This document shows positions 37,550-48,118 of a stretch of DNA of 64,000 nt, in pieces. Position numbers and translations under genes: made by a program. The number at the start of each line of letters is the position of its first letter. The stretch's first letter is position 1. The notes below the pieces were generated by a model, which was not told the DNA's origin, did not search any database, and worked only from the letters and a program-made list of their open reading frames with translations. This stretch comes from Patescibacteria group bacterium. GTDB taxonomy: Bacteria; Patescibacteriota; Patescibacteriia; Magasanikbacterales; GWA2-37-8. The stretch is taken from assembly GCA_022710645.1 (NCBI GenBank), contig JAKLGL010000001.1, forward strand, positions 100,152 to 164,151. The letters run 5' to 3'.

Positions 37550-40057
37550 TTAAACGTTTTTACCTACCATGATTTTAGCCAACCAAGATGTCAAAAACGG
37601 ACCAACGAAAAGCAAAAAATACTGGGTTAAATTCAAAGGAGAAAAATGAAAAAATCTATTAGTCGCCGGAATGGCAATTATCAACAAAATAACCGCGACT
37701 GTTCCCAATGCTATGCCGGTCAATAATTTATTGCTTTTTATCTGATCCCATTCGCGCAAAAATAATATGAGCATAGCTTGAGAAATAACCATTGATCCAA
37801 AAGCCATCGTACGTCCCAGATCCAAATCGCCACCGCAAATACTGAAACAATAAAAATAAAACAAACTCACAATCAAAATTGAAATCCCTTTGATAACAAC
37901 ACTCTTCCATGACTTGGGATTAATTAACGATTCGTTGGCCGGTCTGGGCGGTTCGTCCATTATATTATTCGGAGCTTTCTCTCTTTCAAAGCCCAAAACT
38001 GAAGCCGGATCGCAAATCAGCTCTAAAAATAAAATATGCATTGGTAGAAAAACCAAAGGACTACCAAAAAATACCGGAATAACAGCTAAACCAACGATAG
38101 GTAAATGAAAAGCCATCAAAAAAACAAAAGCTTGACGAAGGTTTTTATAAATACGACGTCCTTCATGCACAGCTTTGACAATAGTGGCAAAATTATCATC
38201 CATCAAAACTATACCGGCGGCGGCGCGAGCAACTTCCGTCCCGCGCAAACCCATAGCTAAACCGATGTCGGCTTTTTTGAGAGCCGGAGCATCATTTACT
38301 CCATCTCCGGTCATTGCTACTATTTCCCCTTGTTCTTGCAAAGCTTGTACTATGGCGTATTTTTGTTCCGGTTTAACGCGACAAAAAATATTATAACGAC
38401 GCACAGCTTCTTTGAGAGCCGCAGGAGACATTTTCTGTAATTCTTCCCCACTTACCACATCATCGTTGTGTTTTAAATTTATACTTTCGGCTATAGTATG
38501 CGCGGTCAATTTATTATCTCCCGTAATCATAAAAATTTTTATCCCCGCACGTTGACAAGTTTCTATAGCTTCTTTGACTCCGGCTCGCGGCGGATCACTC
38601 ATAGCCAGCAGTCCGACAAATTCCATATTTTCAAAACAAACTTTATCTTTTTCTCCACATTTTCTTTTAGCTACTCCGATAACCCTATACCCTTCGCTTG
38701 CCAATTTTTCATAAGCTTCCATAGCTGTTTTTTTGGACGCTTCATCCAAAACGGAATACGAAATTATATTTTCCGGAGCGCCGGCACTATATTGCGCGCA
38801 CCCGTTTTGTTTATCTTTCCAAATATGATGAACTGTTTTGGTGCTGGAAGAAAAAGCTTGTTCGTCCAAAAGTTTTTTTCCGGAAAAAAACTTATCCGGA
38901 TCTATTCCTTGTTCTTTGGCAATTTTTTGCATTTCTATTTCTATCGGATCAACAGCCACCTGCTCCAACGCTAAAATTGAAGTTTCTATCAAATTATTAA
39001 ATTCTCCTTGTCTTTTTTGAAAATTATCTTTAGTTAAAATTTCTTGATTATAATAAATTTTTTCCAGAGCCATCCTGCCTTCAGTCAAAGTTCCGGTTTT
39101 ATCCGTACAAATCACAGTGGCACTACCGAGAGTTTCCACCATCGCCATTTCGCGAATCATGGCTTTATTTTTGGCCATACGCCAAACACCCATAATCAAA
39201 AATACGGAAAACACCACCGGAAATTCTTCGGGAATCAATGCCATAGCTATAGCCAAAGCTCCGAGTACTCCTTCCTTGAAACCAAACTTTAAAACCAAAC
39301 CCAAACCAACCAAAAAAGCTGAAGATATGGCAACTGTGGCCACGACTCTTATTAATCGCGCTATTTTCTTCTGTAACGGAGTTTTTTGCTTTTCAATACT
39401 TTGCAACAAATCACCCAAACGACCGTAAGCCGTATGCAAACCGGTAGCTTCAACCAACATTTCTCCGTCTCCTTGAACAACCAAAGTTCCTTGAAAAACT
39501 TTATGTTTATCTTCATTCAACAACTTTAGAACATCCGGAATTTGTTCTTTAACCACAGCTACGGACTCTCCGGTCAAAATAGACATATCCACCATCAATC
39601 CTTTGGTATTAAAAAGAAAACCGTCAGCCGCTATTTTATCTCCGGATGTCAGATAAACCAAATCTCCCGGGACTATTTGAGCGATATCTCTAGTAACCAA
39701 TTTTCCATCGCGGTAAACTTTACATTTTTCCACCATCATCTGATCGAGAGCCGCTATAGTATCGTCGGTTCTTTTTTCTTGAAAAAATTCCATCAAACCG
39801 ATGGGTATGATAGCTCCCAAAAAAACAACGGCTTCCACGGTATCGCCAACAAAAAAATAAACGGCCGCTGTCGCTATTATCAAAAACATCATGGGTTCGG
39901 TAAAAATATCCCAAGCCCTTTTCCAAACCGTTTTATTTTTCTTTTTTTGTCTCTCATTACGACCGTATTCAACCAATCTCTTTTCCGCTTCGTTAGATGA
40001 TAGTCCTTTATAATTTTCTTTTTTAGAAAAAACACTGTCGATTATTTCATTGCTCAT
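37550..40057 (-). CDS. P-type cation-transporting ATPase, P2-type (Ca2+-ATPase-like)
   Basis: ICTDKTGTLT, MITGDN, VAMTGDGVNDAPALKKADIG; 835 aa with 10 TM helices. Confidence 0.9.
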   Translation of the reverse strand: MSNEIIDSVFSKKENYKGLSSNEAEKRLVEYGRNERQKKKNKTVWKRAWDIFTEPMMFLIIATAAVYFFVGDTVEAVVFLGAIIPIGLMEFFQEKRTDDTIAALDQMMVEKCKVYRDGKLVTRDIAQIVPGDLVYLTSGDKIAADGFLFNTKGLMVDMSILTGESVAVVKEQIPDVLKLLNEDKHKVFQGTLVVQGDGEMLVEATGLHTAYGRLGDLLQSIEKQKTPLQKKIARLIRVVATVAISSAFLVGLGLVLKFGFKEGVLGALAIAMALIPEEFPVVFSVFLIMGVWRMAKNKAMIREMAMVETLGSATVICTDKTGTLTEGRMALEKIYYNQEILTKDNFQKRQGEFNNLIETSILALEQVAVDPIEIEMQKIAKEQGIDPDKFFSGKKLLDEQAFSSSTKTVHHIWKDKQNGCAQYSAGAPENIISYSVLDEASKKTAMEAYEKLASEGYRVIGVAKRKCGEKDKVCFENMEFVGLLAMSDPPRAGVKEAIETCQRAGIKIFMITGDNKLTAHTIAESINLKHNDDVVSGEELQKMSPAALKEAVRRYNIFCRVKPEQKYAIVQALQEQGEIVAMTGDGVNDAPALKKADIGLAMGLRGTEVARAAAGIVLMDDNFATIVKAVHEGRRIYKNLRQAFVFLMAFHLPIVGLAVIPVFFGSPLVFLPMHILFLELICDPASVLGFEREKAPNNIMDEPPRPANESLINPKSWKSVVIKGISILIVSLFYFYCFSICGGDLDLGRTMAFGSMVISQAMLILFLREWDQIKSNKLLTGIALGTVAVILLIIAIPATNRFFHFSPLNLTQYFLLFVGPFLTSWLAKIMVGKNV

Positions 40058-42306
40058 AAATAATTTTCTAAAATATTTTTTATTTTGGAGTAGAGTCCGC
40101 TAGCAGATAAACCGGCATATTCATACACTTCTTCCATAGTTCCGGATTTCAAATAATTTTTTATACCAATCATGCGTTGCGACAAATTTTCTCCGGATAG
40201 AAATTCACTCAAAAATTCCGGGTATCCGTTATTAATGGTTATCGCAATATCTCTCTCTTCTTCGGAAATAATTTTTTCGGCTTTTTCCGGGTTGTTTTGC
40301 AAGAGCTCGGCAAAAAGTTCGGGAGAAGTCGCTACTACCAATTTCGTCGCATAACCGTCTTTTTCCAATTTTATCGCCACTTCTTGGGTATTTAATAAAT
40401 TTTTCATACCGGAGACAACCAGTATCGCTTTTTTCTTTTTATTGCTTTTATAATCTTGAAATACATAAGCACCCAAACAAGCCTGTTTCGCTTGATTTTC
40501 ACTTTCTCTTTTCAAAACTTGAAAACTCGGACGAGCCAAAGACAAAACAATCGGATCGCCGTTTTCCAAAGCATAAAAAAGCATTTCCACGGTTTCATTG
40601 GCATCATTGGGTTTAAAAACTTTTATGCCGGGCATGCTTTTGAAAATACTCAAATTATCCAAACCTTGATGAGTCGGGCCGTCTTCTCCGGTATCTAAAC
40701 CGTCATGAGAAGAAACGGCGATAAAAAATCCGGAATTTTCTTTATGGACCGCATTGTTGATAGTGGAAAGACGAATACTATTAACACCCATATTCAAAAA
40801 CACCCCATAAGTGCCAAAAACGGTTATTGGTCGAAAACCACCGGGTAAAATATCAGCCGCCATTCCGCTCATCATCATAGACATATTATTTTCCGCTATT
40901 CCAAATCGCAAACCGCGACCGTAAGGATTTTTTGCAGAAATGATTCCGTAAATTTTTTCCGCTTCAGATGTCATTATGGAAGAGCTCAAATCACCGGCGC
41001 CGGCATAGACGAAAGCGCTATTTTGCATCAACCATTTTGCAAAAGCGCCAAAAGCTTGTCTGGTAGACACGGAGCTTCCAGGTTCAAAAATCAATTCCGC
41101 AGGCAATTGTTCAGGTCTTTTTAAATTTATAGCGGAAAAAAACGGCCGACCGGATAATTTACTTTTTATTTTTTCCACCAGTTTGTTTTCCGGCAAAATT
41201 TTCTGAACTCCCAAATCCAAAATTTTTAAAACATATTTTTCATCCTCTTCGGTCAAGGTCTTCAAAATATTTTCCAAATCTACAAAAGCATTATCCTTTT
41301 CACCGGAAATATCAAAACCGAGTTTGTTTTGAACGGAAATATATTCTTCGTGGGATAAAATTTTTCCATGAGAAAGTTCGCTATTTTCCAAAGGACCATA
41401 ATCTTTACCTTTGACAGTGTGCGCTATCACAACTATCGGTAAACTGTTATTAAAAACTTTTTCTTTGGCTAAACGATAGGCATAATACAATTCTTTGATA
41501 TTGTGACCATCCACTTCTATCACGTTCCAATTCAAAGAAAGCCAATGAGAAACGTAGTCGGAAGAAATTACTTCTTTTATCTCACCATCCAAACCGAAAC
41601 GGTTATAATCCAAACTCACTATCAAATTATCGGCTCCTGAAGAAGCCAACATATTGCGAGCCTCGTAAGTCATACCTTCTTCGCTTTCGGCATCCCCCAT
41701 CAAAACAAAAACCGAAGTGTCTAATCCGCAACTTTTATGTACCAAGGCCATACCTCCGCCGACCGAAAAACCGTGACCGGAAGGACCGGAAGAAAAATCA
41801 TTGTAAGGAATACTACTTTCAGCATGTCCCGACAAACCGTCAATACGACGAAAACGAGCCAAATCTTCAAAAAAAACATTTTTGGTGACAGCTTGAGAAA
41901 ACTGCCTGCCTGTTCGTCGTAAAACTTCATAATAAAGAGCTTGACCGGCATACAAAAGAGGTGTGCAATGACCGGCACTCCAAACAAGACGATCGCGGCC
42001 GGGATTTTTCGGATTAAGCGGATCAAAAGCCAGTAAACCCGTAAGCGTCAAAGCTAACCATTGTTCCACTTTGGAAGAACTACCACCAGGATGACCGTTT
42101 TGAGAATTTTCCAAAGTTGCAAAAATCATAGCTCGAATTATCTTGGTATATTTTTGCATCATTTCAAAATTTATTCCTTCGACATCTTCCAAATCCAATT
42201 TTTGCAAATTCAAATACCCTCCTCCGTTTAATTGATAAAAAAACCTTTCCGGTTCGCCAACCATCAATTCTTTGATTTTTTCCGCATTTATCGGCTGATA
42301 AGACAT
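40054..42306 (-). CDS. tkt: Transketolase-family thiamine-diphosphate enzyme
   Basis: GHPGGSSS and GDAESEEGMTYEA (GDG..EG) TPP motifs, and pyrimidine-binding and C-terminal domains. There is an N-terminal extension of about 60 aa. Confidence 0.65.
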   Translation of the reverse strand: MSYQPINAEKIKELMVGEPERFFYQLNGGGYLNLQKLDLEDVEGINFEMMQKYTKIIRAMIFATLENSQNGHPGGSSSKVEQWLALTLTGLLAFDPLNPKNPGRDRLVWSAGHCTPLLYAGQALYYEVLRRTGRQFSQAVTKNVFFEDLARFRRIDGLSGHAESSIPYNDFSSGPSGHGFSVGGGMALVHKSCGLDTSVFVLMGDAESEEGMTYEARNMLASSGADNLIVSLDYNRFGLDGEIKEVISSDYVSHWLSLNWNVIEVDGHNIKELYYAYRLAKEKVFNNSLPIVVIAHTVKGKDYGPLENSELSHGKILSHEEYISVQNKLGFDISGEKDNAFVDLENILKTLTEEDEKYVLKILDLGVQKILPENKLVEKIKSKLSGRPFFSAINLKRPEQLPAELIFEPGSSVSTRQAFGAFAKWLMQNSAFVYAGAGDLSSSIMTSEAEKIYGIISAKNPYGRGLRFGIAENNMSMMMSGMAADILPGGFRPITVFGTYGVFLNMGVNSIRLSTINNAVHKENSGFFIAVSSHDGLDTGEDGPTHQGLDNLSIFKSMPGIKVFKPNDANETVEMLFYALENGDPIVLSLARPSFQVLKRESENQAKQACLGAYVFQDYKSNKKKKAILVVSGMKNLLNTQEVAIKLEKDGYATKLVVATSPELFAELLQNNPEKAEKIISEEERDIAITINNGYPEFLSEFLSGENLSQRMIGIKNYLKSGTMEEVYEYAGLSASGLYSKIKNILENYL

Positions 42307-42357
42307 AATTTTTATTTTAGTTTTAGATAAAAATATTATAATATTTTTTAAACTTTT

Positions 42358-44616
42358 TTACCATAATCTTCCGGAAAGCAACATGTCTCTTTTCCAATCA
42401 TAATAAGTTTTCAATTCACATAAAGATAGACCTTGTTCTTTGGAATCGACAGGACAAACAGTGTCATTGGGTGCGGAAAAGCTTTCTTTTCTTTCATTGT
42501 CTTGCAACTGATTCAAATACAATCCAAATTCATGCATGCCGATCAAGTTCGGAAATTCTTTTCTTTTACCCAAAAGCGAATATCCTTCCAATTTCTTTGA
42601 CGCTTTTAAATCAAACAAATGTAAAATTGTCGGAGTTAAATCAATACCACTTCCGTAAGTATCGACTTCTTTGGGTAAAACCGTTTCCGGAACATACAAA
42701 GCAAAAAACAATTCATCGTAAAAACTCGTTTTGCCGTATAAATCGGGAAAATATTTTTTTTCATAAGCCGCCGGAAAAATAGCATGATCTGCCGTTACCA
42801 AAACCACCGTATTATCGGCGAATTCGCTGTTTTTGAATTTTTTCCAAAATTCCGCAAAGGCATCATCGGTAGTATGAAAAGTATTTAAAATCGGATTTTC
42901 ACCATCTCCATACAAAACCATATCTTGCGGTAAATCAAAAGGAGGGTGCGTATCTACGGTTTCGTAAATAAAAACAAACGGTTCGTTTTTTTCTTCTTTA
43001 GCCGCTTCCATTTTTTTGAATAAAAAGGGAAATAATTGGTGATCGGAATAACCCCAAGATTTCGGTTCTTCTTTCAATTCATCGCGTAATTCCTGGACAC
43101 CCCAAATTTTATCCAAACCCATACTTTGTAAGATAGTGTCTTTATTGGCAAATTCTTTGGCAATGGCGGTCACAAAAAAAGTTTTATCATAACCGTTTGC
43201 TTTGAGAATATTCGGTAAACAAGTCAAATGATGAGCTTTTAACTGCTTTTCTCTTTCTATTTCCTCATGTCCAGTCGGTGGTAAAAACGAGCACAAAGAT
43301 GAAAGTAGAGCCGTTATCGTCGGAGTCGAAGCGTTATAAACCTTGCGAAAAACCGTAGTATTTTTATCAGTAACAAACTCATTTAAACCTGGAGTCAAAT
43401 CTCGATACTTTTCATTATAAGGACCGGTTAAGCGCGCGGAAAAAGATTCCAAATATATTATGAGTAAATTCGGTTTTTTATCGCCTTTTAAAGACCAATT
43501 TAAACTTTTGTTTTCTTCGGGTTTTTCCGCATCCAAAACCGCAAATTTATTTTGATCGTAAAATAAACCAAATTTCTCCAATTTTATCGCGATTTTTTCA
43601 GGCAAAATTCTGTCTTCTCTGGTTTCGCGATAAGTATCGTAAAAATTTTTTATTATCAAAACTTCCGGAGTATTTCGTAAAGAACTTACGGAAAAACAAG
43701 CAAAAGTCGCCACTGCCAATAAAGCAAAATTATAAAAAAGCCAATGGCGAGGAGTTGTCTCGGCGTGAGCTTTTAATACTCGACGAAAAACTCGATAAGA
43801 AAAAAATATCAATAAAAAATAAATTATCAAAGCGCACATTACCGGTAAAAAATAAATTTTTAATCCGGATAAACCGATGTGAGAAAAAATTATCGGACTC
43901 AAATATAAACCGGCTTCATAAACCACTCCGGTATTGGCCATATTCAAGAATAAAGCGGCCCAAAAAAACACTAACCAAAAAAATAAAAACAATTGTTTGC
44001 TTTTTTTCAAATAAAAATAAAACAAACTGCATATTCCGAAACTGCCAAGCCAAAATAATGTCAAAGAAAAAACCCTAAACAAAACGATATTATAATATTT
44101 GGCATTATTGTCAAAAATAAAATAAAAATAGGCCGTATATTGAAAAAAAGCCAAAACGACAAAAATAAAACCGGCCAAAGCAAAGACCGCTCGATTCGTT
44201 TTTTGCCAACCAAGATCTTCTTTGTGTCTTCCCAAAACGATATCCAATCTGAAAAAAATAATCGCGCAAAGAGAAAGAACGTAAAACAAGCTTAATAGTT
44301 CGGAATTGGAAAATAAAACCAAAAAAACCAATGAACCGAGAAAGAAAAGTTCGTTCAAATAACCGATAAATTCTCTCAACCAAAAGGTGTGCCATTTTAA
44401 TTTGGACACCAGATAGCGAAACAAAAGTTTAAACAAAAAAAATAAAACGAAAATAATAGTAGTTGTTGATAAAACCTCCGACCAAAAATATTTTGTCAAT
44501 CTTTCAACTGACAAAACATGATACCAACGCCAACAAAAAGATATAATAAAAGGCCCGGCTAAAGAATATAAGCCGGGCGCGATTTTTCGAAAAATTTCTT
44601 TTGACTTTTCCAACAT
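42358..44616 (-). CDS. LTA-synthase/sulfatase-family membrane protein (alkaline-phosphatase superfamily)
   Basis: About 10 N-terminal TM helices and an extracytoplasmic sulfatase-like domain (LLIIYLESFSARL...VTADHA). Confidence 0.7.
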   Translation of the reverse strand: MLEKSKEIFRKIAPGLYSLAGPFIISFCWRWYHVLSVERLTKYFWSEVLSTTTIIFVLFFLFKLLFRYLVSKLKWHTFWLREFIGYLNELFFLGSLVFLVLFSNSELLSLFYVLSLCAIIFFRLDIVLGRHKEDLGWQKTNRAVFALAGFIFVVLAFFQYTAYFYFIFDNNAKYYNIVLFRVFSLTLFWLGSFGICSLFYFYLKKSKQLFLFFWLVFFWAALFLNMANTGVVYEAGLYLSPIIFSHIGLSGLKIYFLPVMCALIIYFLLIFFSYRVFRRVLKAHAETTPRHWLFYNFALLAVATFACFSVSSLRNTPEVLIIKNFYDTYRETREDRILPEKIAIKLEKFGLFYDQNKFAVLDAEKPEENKSLNWSLKGDKKPNLLIIYLESFSARLTGPYNEKYRDLTPGLNEFVTDKNTTVFRKVYNASTPTITALLSSLCSFLPPTGHEEIEREKQLKAHHLTCLPNILKANGYDKTFFVTAIAKEFANKDTILQSMGLDKIWGVQELRDELKEEPKSWGYSDHQLFPFLFKKMEAAKEEKNEPFVFIYETVDTHPPFDLPQDMVLYGDGENPILNTFHTTDDAFAEFWKKFKNSEFADNTVVLVTADHAIFPAAYEKKYFPDLYGKTSFYDELFFALYVPETVLPKEVDTYGSGIDLTPTILHLFDLKASKKLEGYSLLGKRKEFPNLIGMHEFGLYLNQLQDNERKESFSAPNDTVCPVDSKEQGLSLCELKTYYDWKRDMLLSGRLW

Positions 44617-44621
44617 AAAAA

Positions 44622-44984
44622 TTAACTCTCCTCTACCTGATATTGCTTGGTTTTGCGCACTTGGCGTTTTAATTTTTTTTCTTTTTCACGTTCTTTTACT
44701 TTGTGTTTTTTTAATTCCCCTTCCAAATAATCGCGAACTTTATCTATAGCTTTATACAAATCAGCTTCCTCTTTGAGGGCGAATAAATCATTTCCCGGAA
44801 CAACCAACTTACATTCGCAAATAAAATTTTTACCTTTGAGATGGTGACGACTTTCCAAACCAACCGTGACTTCCGCCCGTAAAATATTGTCGTAAAATTT
44901 ATCCAGAGAAGAAATCTTCTTTTCCGCATAATCTTTGATAGCTTGGGTTAATTCTAACCCTTTACCGGAAATGGTTACTTGCAT
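44622..44984 (-). CDS. hpf: Ribosome hibernation promoting factor (RaiA/HPF, short form)
   Basis: MQVTISGKGLELTQAIKDYAEKKI... is the S30AE family signature; 120 aa. Confidence 0.85.
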   Translation of the reverse strand: MQVTISGKGLELTQAIKDYAEKKISSLDKFYDNILRAEVTVGLESRHHLKGKNFICECKLVVPGNDLFALKEEADLYKAIDKVRDYLEGELKKHKVKEREKEKKLKRQVRKTKQYQVEES

Positions 44985-45004
44985 ATTTTTTATTTTACGA
45001 TTAA

Positions 45005-45949
45005 TTATCTTGAAGACACGATTTGCACTTCGGGCTCCAAGCTCACTCCATATTTATCATACACCTTTTTTTGAACTTCTTCAACAACCTGTAAAACTTG
45101 TTCTTGGGTAGCGGAACCGAAATTAACCAAAAAATTACCATGCTCTTGCGAAACTCCAGCATCTCCTATTCGAAAGCCTTTTAAACCGCAATTTTCAATA
45201 AGCCAACCTGCCGGAACCGTACCTCGAGAAATAAAAAGATCTGGTAATTTTTCTTTTTCTTGCGGCCAATTTTCCAATCTTATATTTTTAAAGAAACTAC
45301 CGGCTGAAGGCCATTTGGGGAAATTTTTACGATTTCCCAAATTTTTAGCGACAACAGAAGACACCTCTTGTCTGGAACTTTTCTCCAGTTTAAGAGTTGT
45401 TTTCAATACAACCATATTTTTATGCGATTTAAAAATACTTTCCCGATATCCAAAACCGCATTCTGCTTTGGAATATTCTTTAACTTCCCCATCAACCCAA
45501 ACGAATACTTTTTGTATACAATCAGCCATACTTTTCCCCATTGAACCGGCATTTCCACGAACAGCCCCACCTAAAGTACCGGGAATACCTACTGCCCATT
45601 CCAAACCGCTCAATTCATTTTTAACAGCTAAATTAACAACTAAAGACAACGGAACTCCGGCCTCAACTTCTACAAATTCTTCTTTTAACTTCAAGCCCGA
45701 CGTGGCTATTTTTATCACAACTCCGCTAAAATTCTGGTCTATCCATAGCAAATTCGATCCTCCGCCTAAAATAAAAAATTCAACACCTTCCGAATTTAAA
45801 AAATCCAAAAGTTGTATCAACAGTTCAGTTTCTTTAACTTCAATAAAAAATTCCGCCCATCCGCCGATTTGAAAAGTGGTGTGTTTTGATAAGGGTATTT
45901 TGGTCTTTACTTCCCCGTATTTTTTGAGCTCTTTATATAACTCGTTCAT
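45005..45949 (-). CDS. murB: UDP-N-acetylenolpyruvoylglucosamine reductase
   Basis: FAD-binding PCMH domain (TTFQIGGWAEF, GGGSNLL) and a MurB C-terminal domain. Start set at the internal ATG (MNELYK...), since the 37-codon extension in the track overlaps the divergent gene. Confidence 0.85.
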   Translation of the reverse strand: MNELYKELKKYGEVKTKIPLSKHTTFQIGGWAEFFIEVKETELLIQLLDFLNSEGVEFFILGGGSNLLWIDQNFSGVVIKIATSGLKLKEEFVEVEAGVPLSLVVNLAVKNELSGLEWAVGIPGTLGGAVRGNAGSMGKSMADCIQKVFVWVDGEVKEYSKAECGFGYRESIFKSHKNMVVLKTTLKLEKSSRQEVSSVVAKNLGNRKNFPKWPSAGSFFKNIRLENWPQEKEKLPDLFISRGTVPAGWLIENCGLKGFRIGDAGVSQEHGNFLVNFGSATQEQVLQVVEEVQKKVYDKYGVSLEPEVQIVSSR

Positions 45950-46001
45950 AACTTGAATTTTTTTTAAAATTAGCGTAATATAATCATTATAAAAGAAAAC
46001 T

Positions 46002-47228
46002 ATGGATAACGCAACAGAATACGTCAAAGCCGTAAAAAAAACAATCAAAACCGGCCGCATTTTTTATGTTTGCCGAGATTTGGAACGCGCAACCGCCGGG
46101 CTTGATTCTTTGATAAAAAATTATAAAATTATCACCAACTCCTCTCCTTTATCTCGCGAACTTCAAGATAAATACCCGCAAATTAAAGTTATCTCCGAAA
46201 AAGAACAATTGGACACTTTGGGTCTTTTAAATCACCCTTTGACACAGAAACTTATCAGTAAAAAAGATTTTGTTTTGGTTTTTAAAAATACTCCGCAAAT
46301 CGAATCTTTTTGTCATATTCGCGGTTGGAAATTAATCAACCCTCCGGCTGTTTCAGCTTCGACCGTGGAAGAAAAAATAAGCCAAGTTAAATTCTTGGGT
46401 AATTTGAAGAAATACTTGCCAAATACCAAAATAATTTTAGGCAAAGATTTACAATGGCAAGGAAAAAAATTCATTTTACAGTTTAATCGAGCGCACACCG
46501 GAAGTGGGACCTTTCTTATTCGTTCCAAAAAACAACTATCCGAAATAACCAAAAAATTTCCAAATCGCGAAATGCGCATCAGTGACTATATTGACGGACC
46601 TTTTTTTACCAACAACAATTGCGTTTGGGGTGATAAGATATTGATCGGAAACATCAATTTCCAAATTACCGGTTTACCTCCTTTTACCGACAACCCTTTT
46701 GCTACCGTGGGCAATGACTGGTCTTATCCGGGAAAAACATTAAACAAAACACAAATCGCTCAATACAAGAAAATCGCTCGAGCTGTCGGAAAAAAAATGA
46801 CCAATCTAAAATGGCGCGGCCTTTTCGGTATAGATACGGTTTTGGATAAAAAAACCGGTAAAATTTATTTGATAGAAATAAACGCCAGACAACCGGCCGG
46901 AACGACTTTTGAGTCTCAATTACAAAAAATGATCGGGGATAATCGCGGTTTGAGTGTTTTCGAAGCTCATATCGGCGCTTTATTAAAAATCAAAAACAAA
47001 AAATATCGATTATCCAAAATCACTTCCGGCGCACAAATAATACAAAGAATTACAAACAAAATTATCAATTTGCCGATTCCGCAAAAAAACAAAGATTTTA
47101 ATTTTATAAAATACGATAATACCAAAATCGGCGCTGATTTATTACGCATTCAATGTTTACACGGTATTATGAAGAGTGAAAAAAAATTAAACGAATTTGG
47201 AAAAAAAATATTAAAGCACATTTCTTAA
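46002..47228 (+). CDS. ATP-grasp fold ligase (uncharacterised; sits in the peptidoglycan precursor gene neighbourhood)
   Basis: C-terminal half has an ATP-grasp-like core (GSGTFLI..., LFGIDTVLDKKTGKIYLIEINARQPAG). Confidence 0.5.
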   Translation: MDNATEYVKAVKKTIKTGRIFYVCRDLERATAGLDSLIKNYKIITNSSPLSRELQDKYPQIKVISEKEQLDTLGLLNHPLTQKLISKKDFVLVFKNTPQIESFCHIRGWKLINPPAVSASTVEEKISQVKFLGNLKKYLPNTKIILGKDLQWQGKKFILQFNRAHTGSGTFLIRSKKQLSEITKKFPNREMRISDYIDGPFFTNNNCVWGDKILIGNINFQITGLPPFTDNPFATVGNDWSYPGKTLNKTQIAQYKKIARAVGKKMTNLKWRGLFGIDTVLDKKTGKIYLIEINARQPAGTTFESQLQKMIGDNRGLSVFEAHIGALLKIKNKKYRLSKITSGAQIIQRITNKIINLPIPQKNKDFNFIKYDNTKIGADLLRIQCLHGIMKSEKKLNEFGKKILKHIS

Positions 47229-47258
47229 TCGAAGTTTTGAAATAAAAAATAAATTTTT

Positions 47259-48065
47259 ATGCTTTCTCCCAAAGCCGAAAAACTGATAGAACAATACCTC
47301 CATCTACCTTTTGAAGATATCTTAAATGTGCGTTGTCCTTATTTTATCAATTCTCGCGCCAAACAAAGGGCTCAATTACGCGTACTTATCGGCAAAGGAC
47401 TGCCGCAAGAAATAGTGGAGGAAGCAAAAATCATTTCAATACAATATCACCACGGTTTATTTAACTGTGACGGAAAATGTTTGATTTCCGAATTAACAAA
47501 GACGGAGACTGACAATCCTCCGGAAGAATGCATCAAAAAATTCTTGGTTGATAACGGTCTTGGAATTGATTGTTCCGGTTTTGTCAGTCATGTACTACGC
47601 GAACATTTCCAAGAAACGAGAAAGATAGATATCGCCAATAAATTTTATTTTGTCCCATTGAAAAATTATTTTCGATATTTGATCTGCTGGCTCCGACCCA
47701 TAGAAAATATGTCAGTTAAAAAATATGCCTCCGATCAAAATACAAAAAAAATAGAATCTGTAAAAGAAATCTCTCCCGGAGATTTACTCATAATGCTCGA
47801 AACGGGTCCGCAAAAAAATCGCAATCATATCGTTTTGGTTACAGATAATGACGGTAAAATTATAAAATACGCTCACGCTCGCGCTTGGAGTATGGAAGGA
47901 AAATACGATCACGGCGTAGCTCGCGGCGAAATCCGTATAATCAACCCGACAGAATCTCTTCTAAAACAAGAATGGGTGGAATTTGGCACTGTTAATGAAA
48001 ACAACGAAACCTACTTGGAAGCCAAAAACGCCAAAATATTTGAAGTAAGAAGAATTAAATTCTAA
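47259..48065 (+). CDS. NlpC/P60-like papain-fold cysteine peptidase domain protein
   Basis: GIDCSGFVSHVL (catalytic Cys context) and NHIVLV (His). No signal peptide. Confidence 0.45.
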   Translation: MLSPKAEKLIEQYLHLPFEDILNVRCPYFINSRAKQRAQLRVLIGKGLPQEIVEEAKIISIQYHHGLFNCDGKCLISELTKTETDNPPEECIKKFLVDNGLGIDCSGFVSHVLREHFQETRKIDIANKFYFVPLKNYFRYLICWLRPIENMSVKKYASDQNTKKIESVKEISPGDLLIMLETGPQKNRNHIVLVTDNDGKIIKYAHARAWSMEGKYDHGVARGEIRIINPTESLLKQEWVEFGTVNENNETYLEAKNAKIFEVRRIKF

Positions 48066-48080
48066 TGCTTTTCAAATTTT

Positions 48081-48115
48081 AAATACTTAACACTAAATAC
48101 TAGATACTAAATACT
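48081..48115. repeat. Four spaced copies of (A)AATACT in the mraY upstream region
   Basis: aaatacttaacactaaatactagatactaaatact. Confidence 0.4.
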
Positions 48116-48118
48116 TTT

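Noticed and set aside
40054-42306. DXS (1-deoxy-D-xylulose-5-phosphate synthase) as the identity of the 750-aa TPP enzyme
   Set aside because: The N-terminal GHPGG context and overall length fit transketolase better than DXS, but this was not verified by alignment, so confidence is kept moderate.
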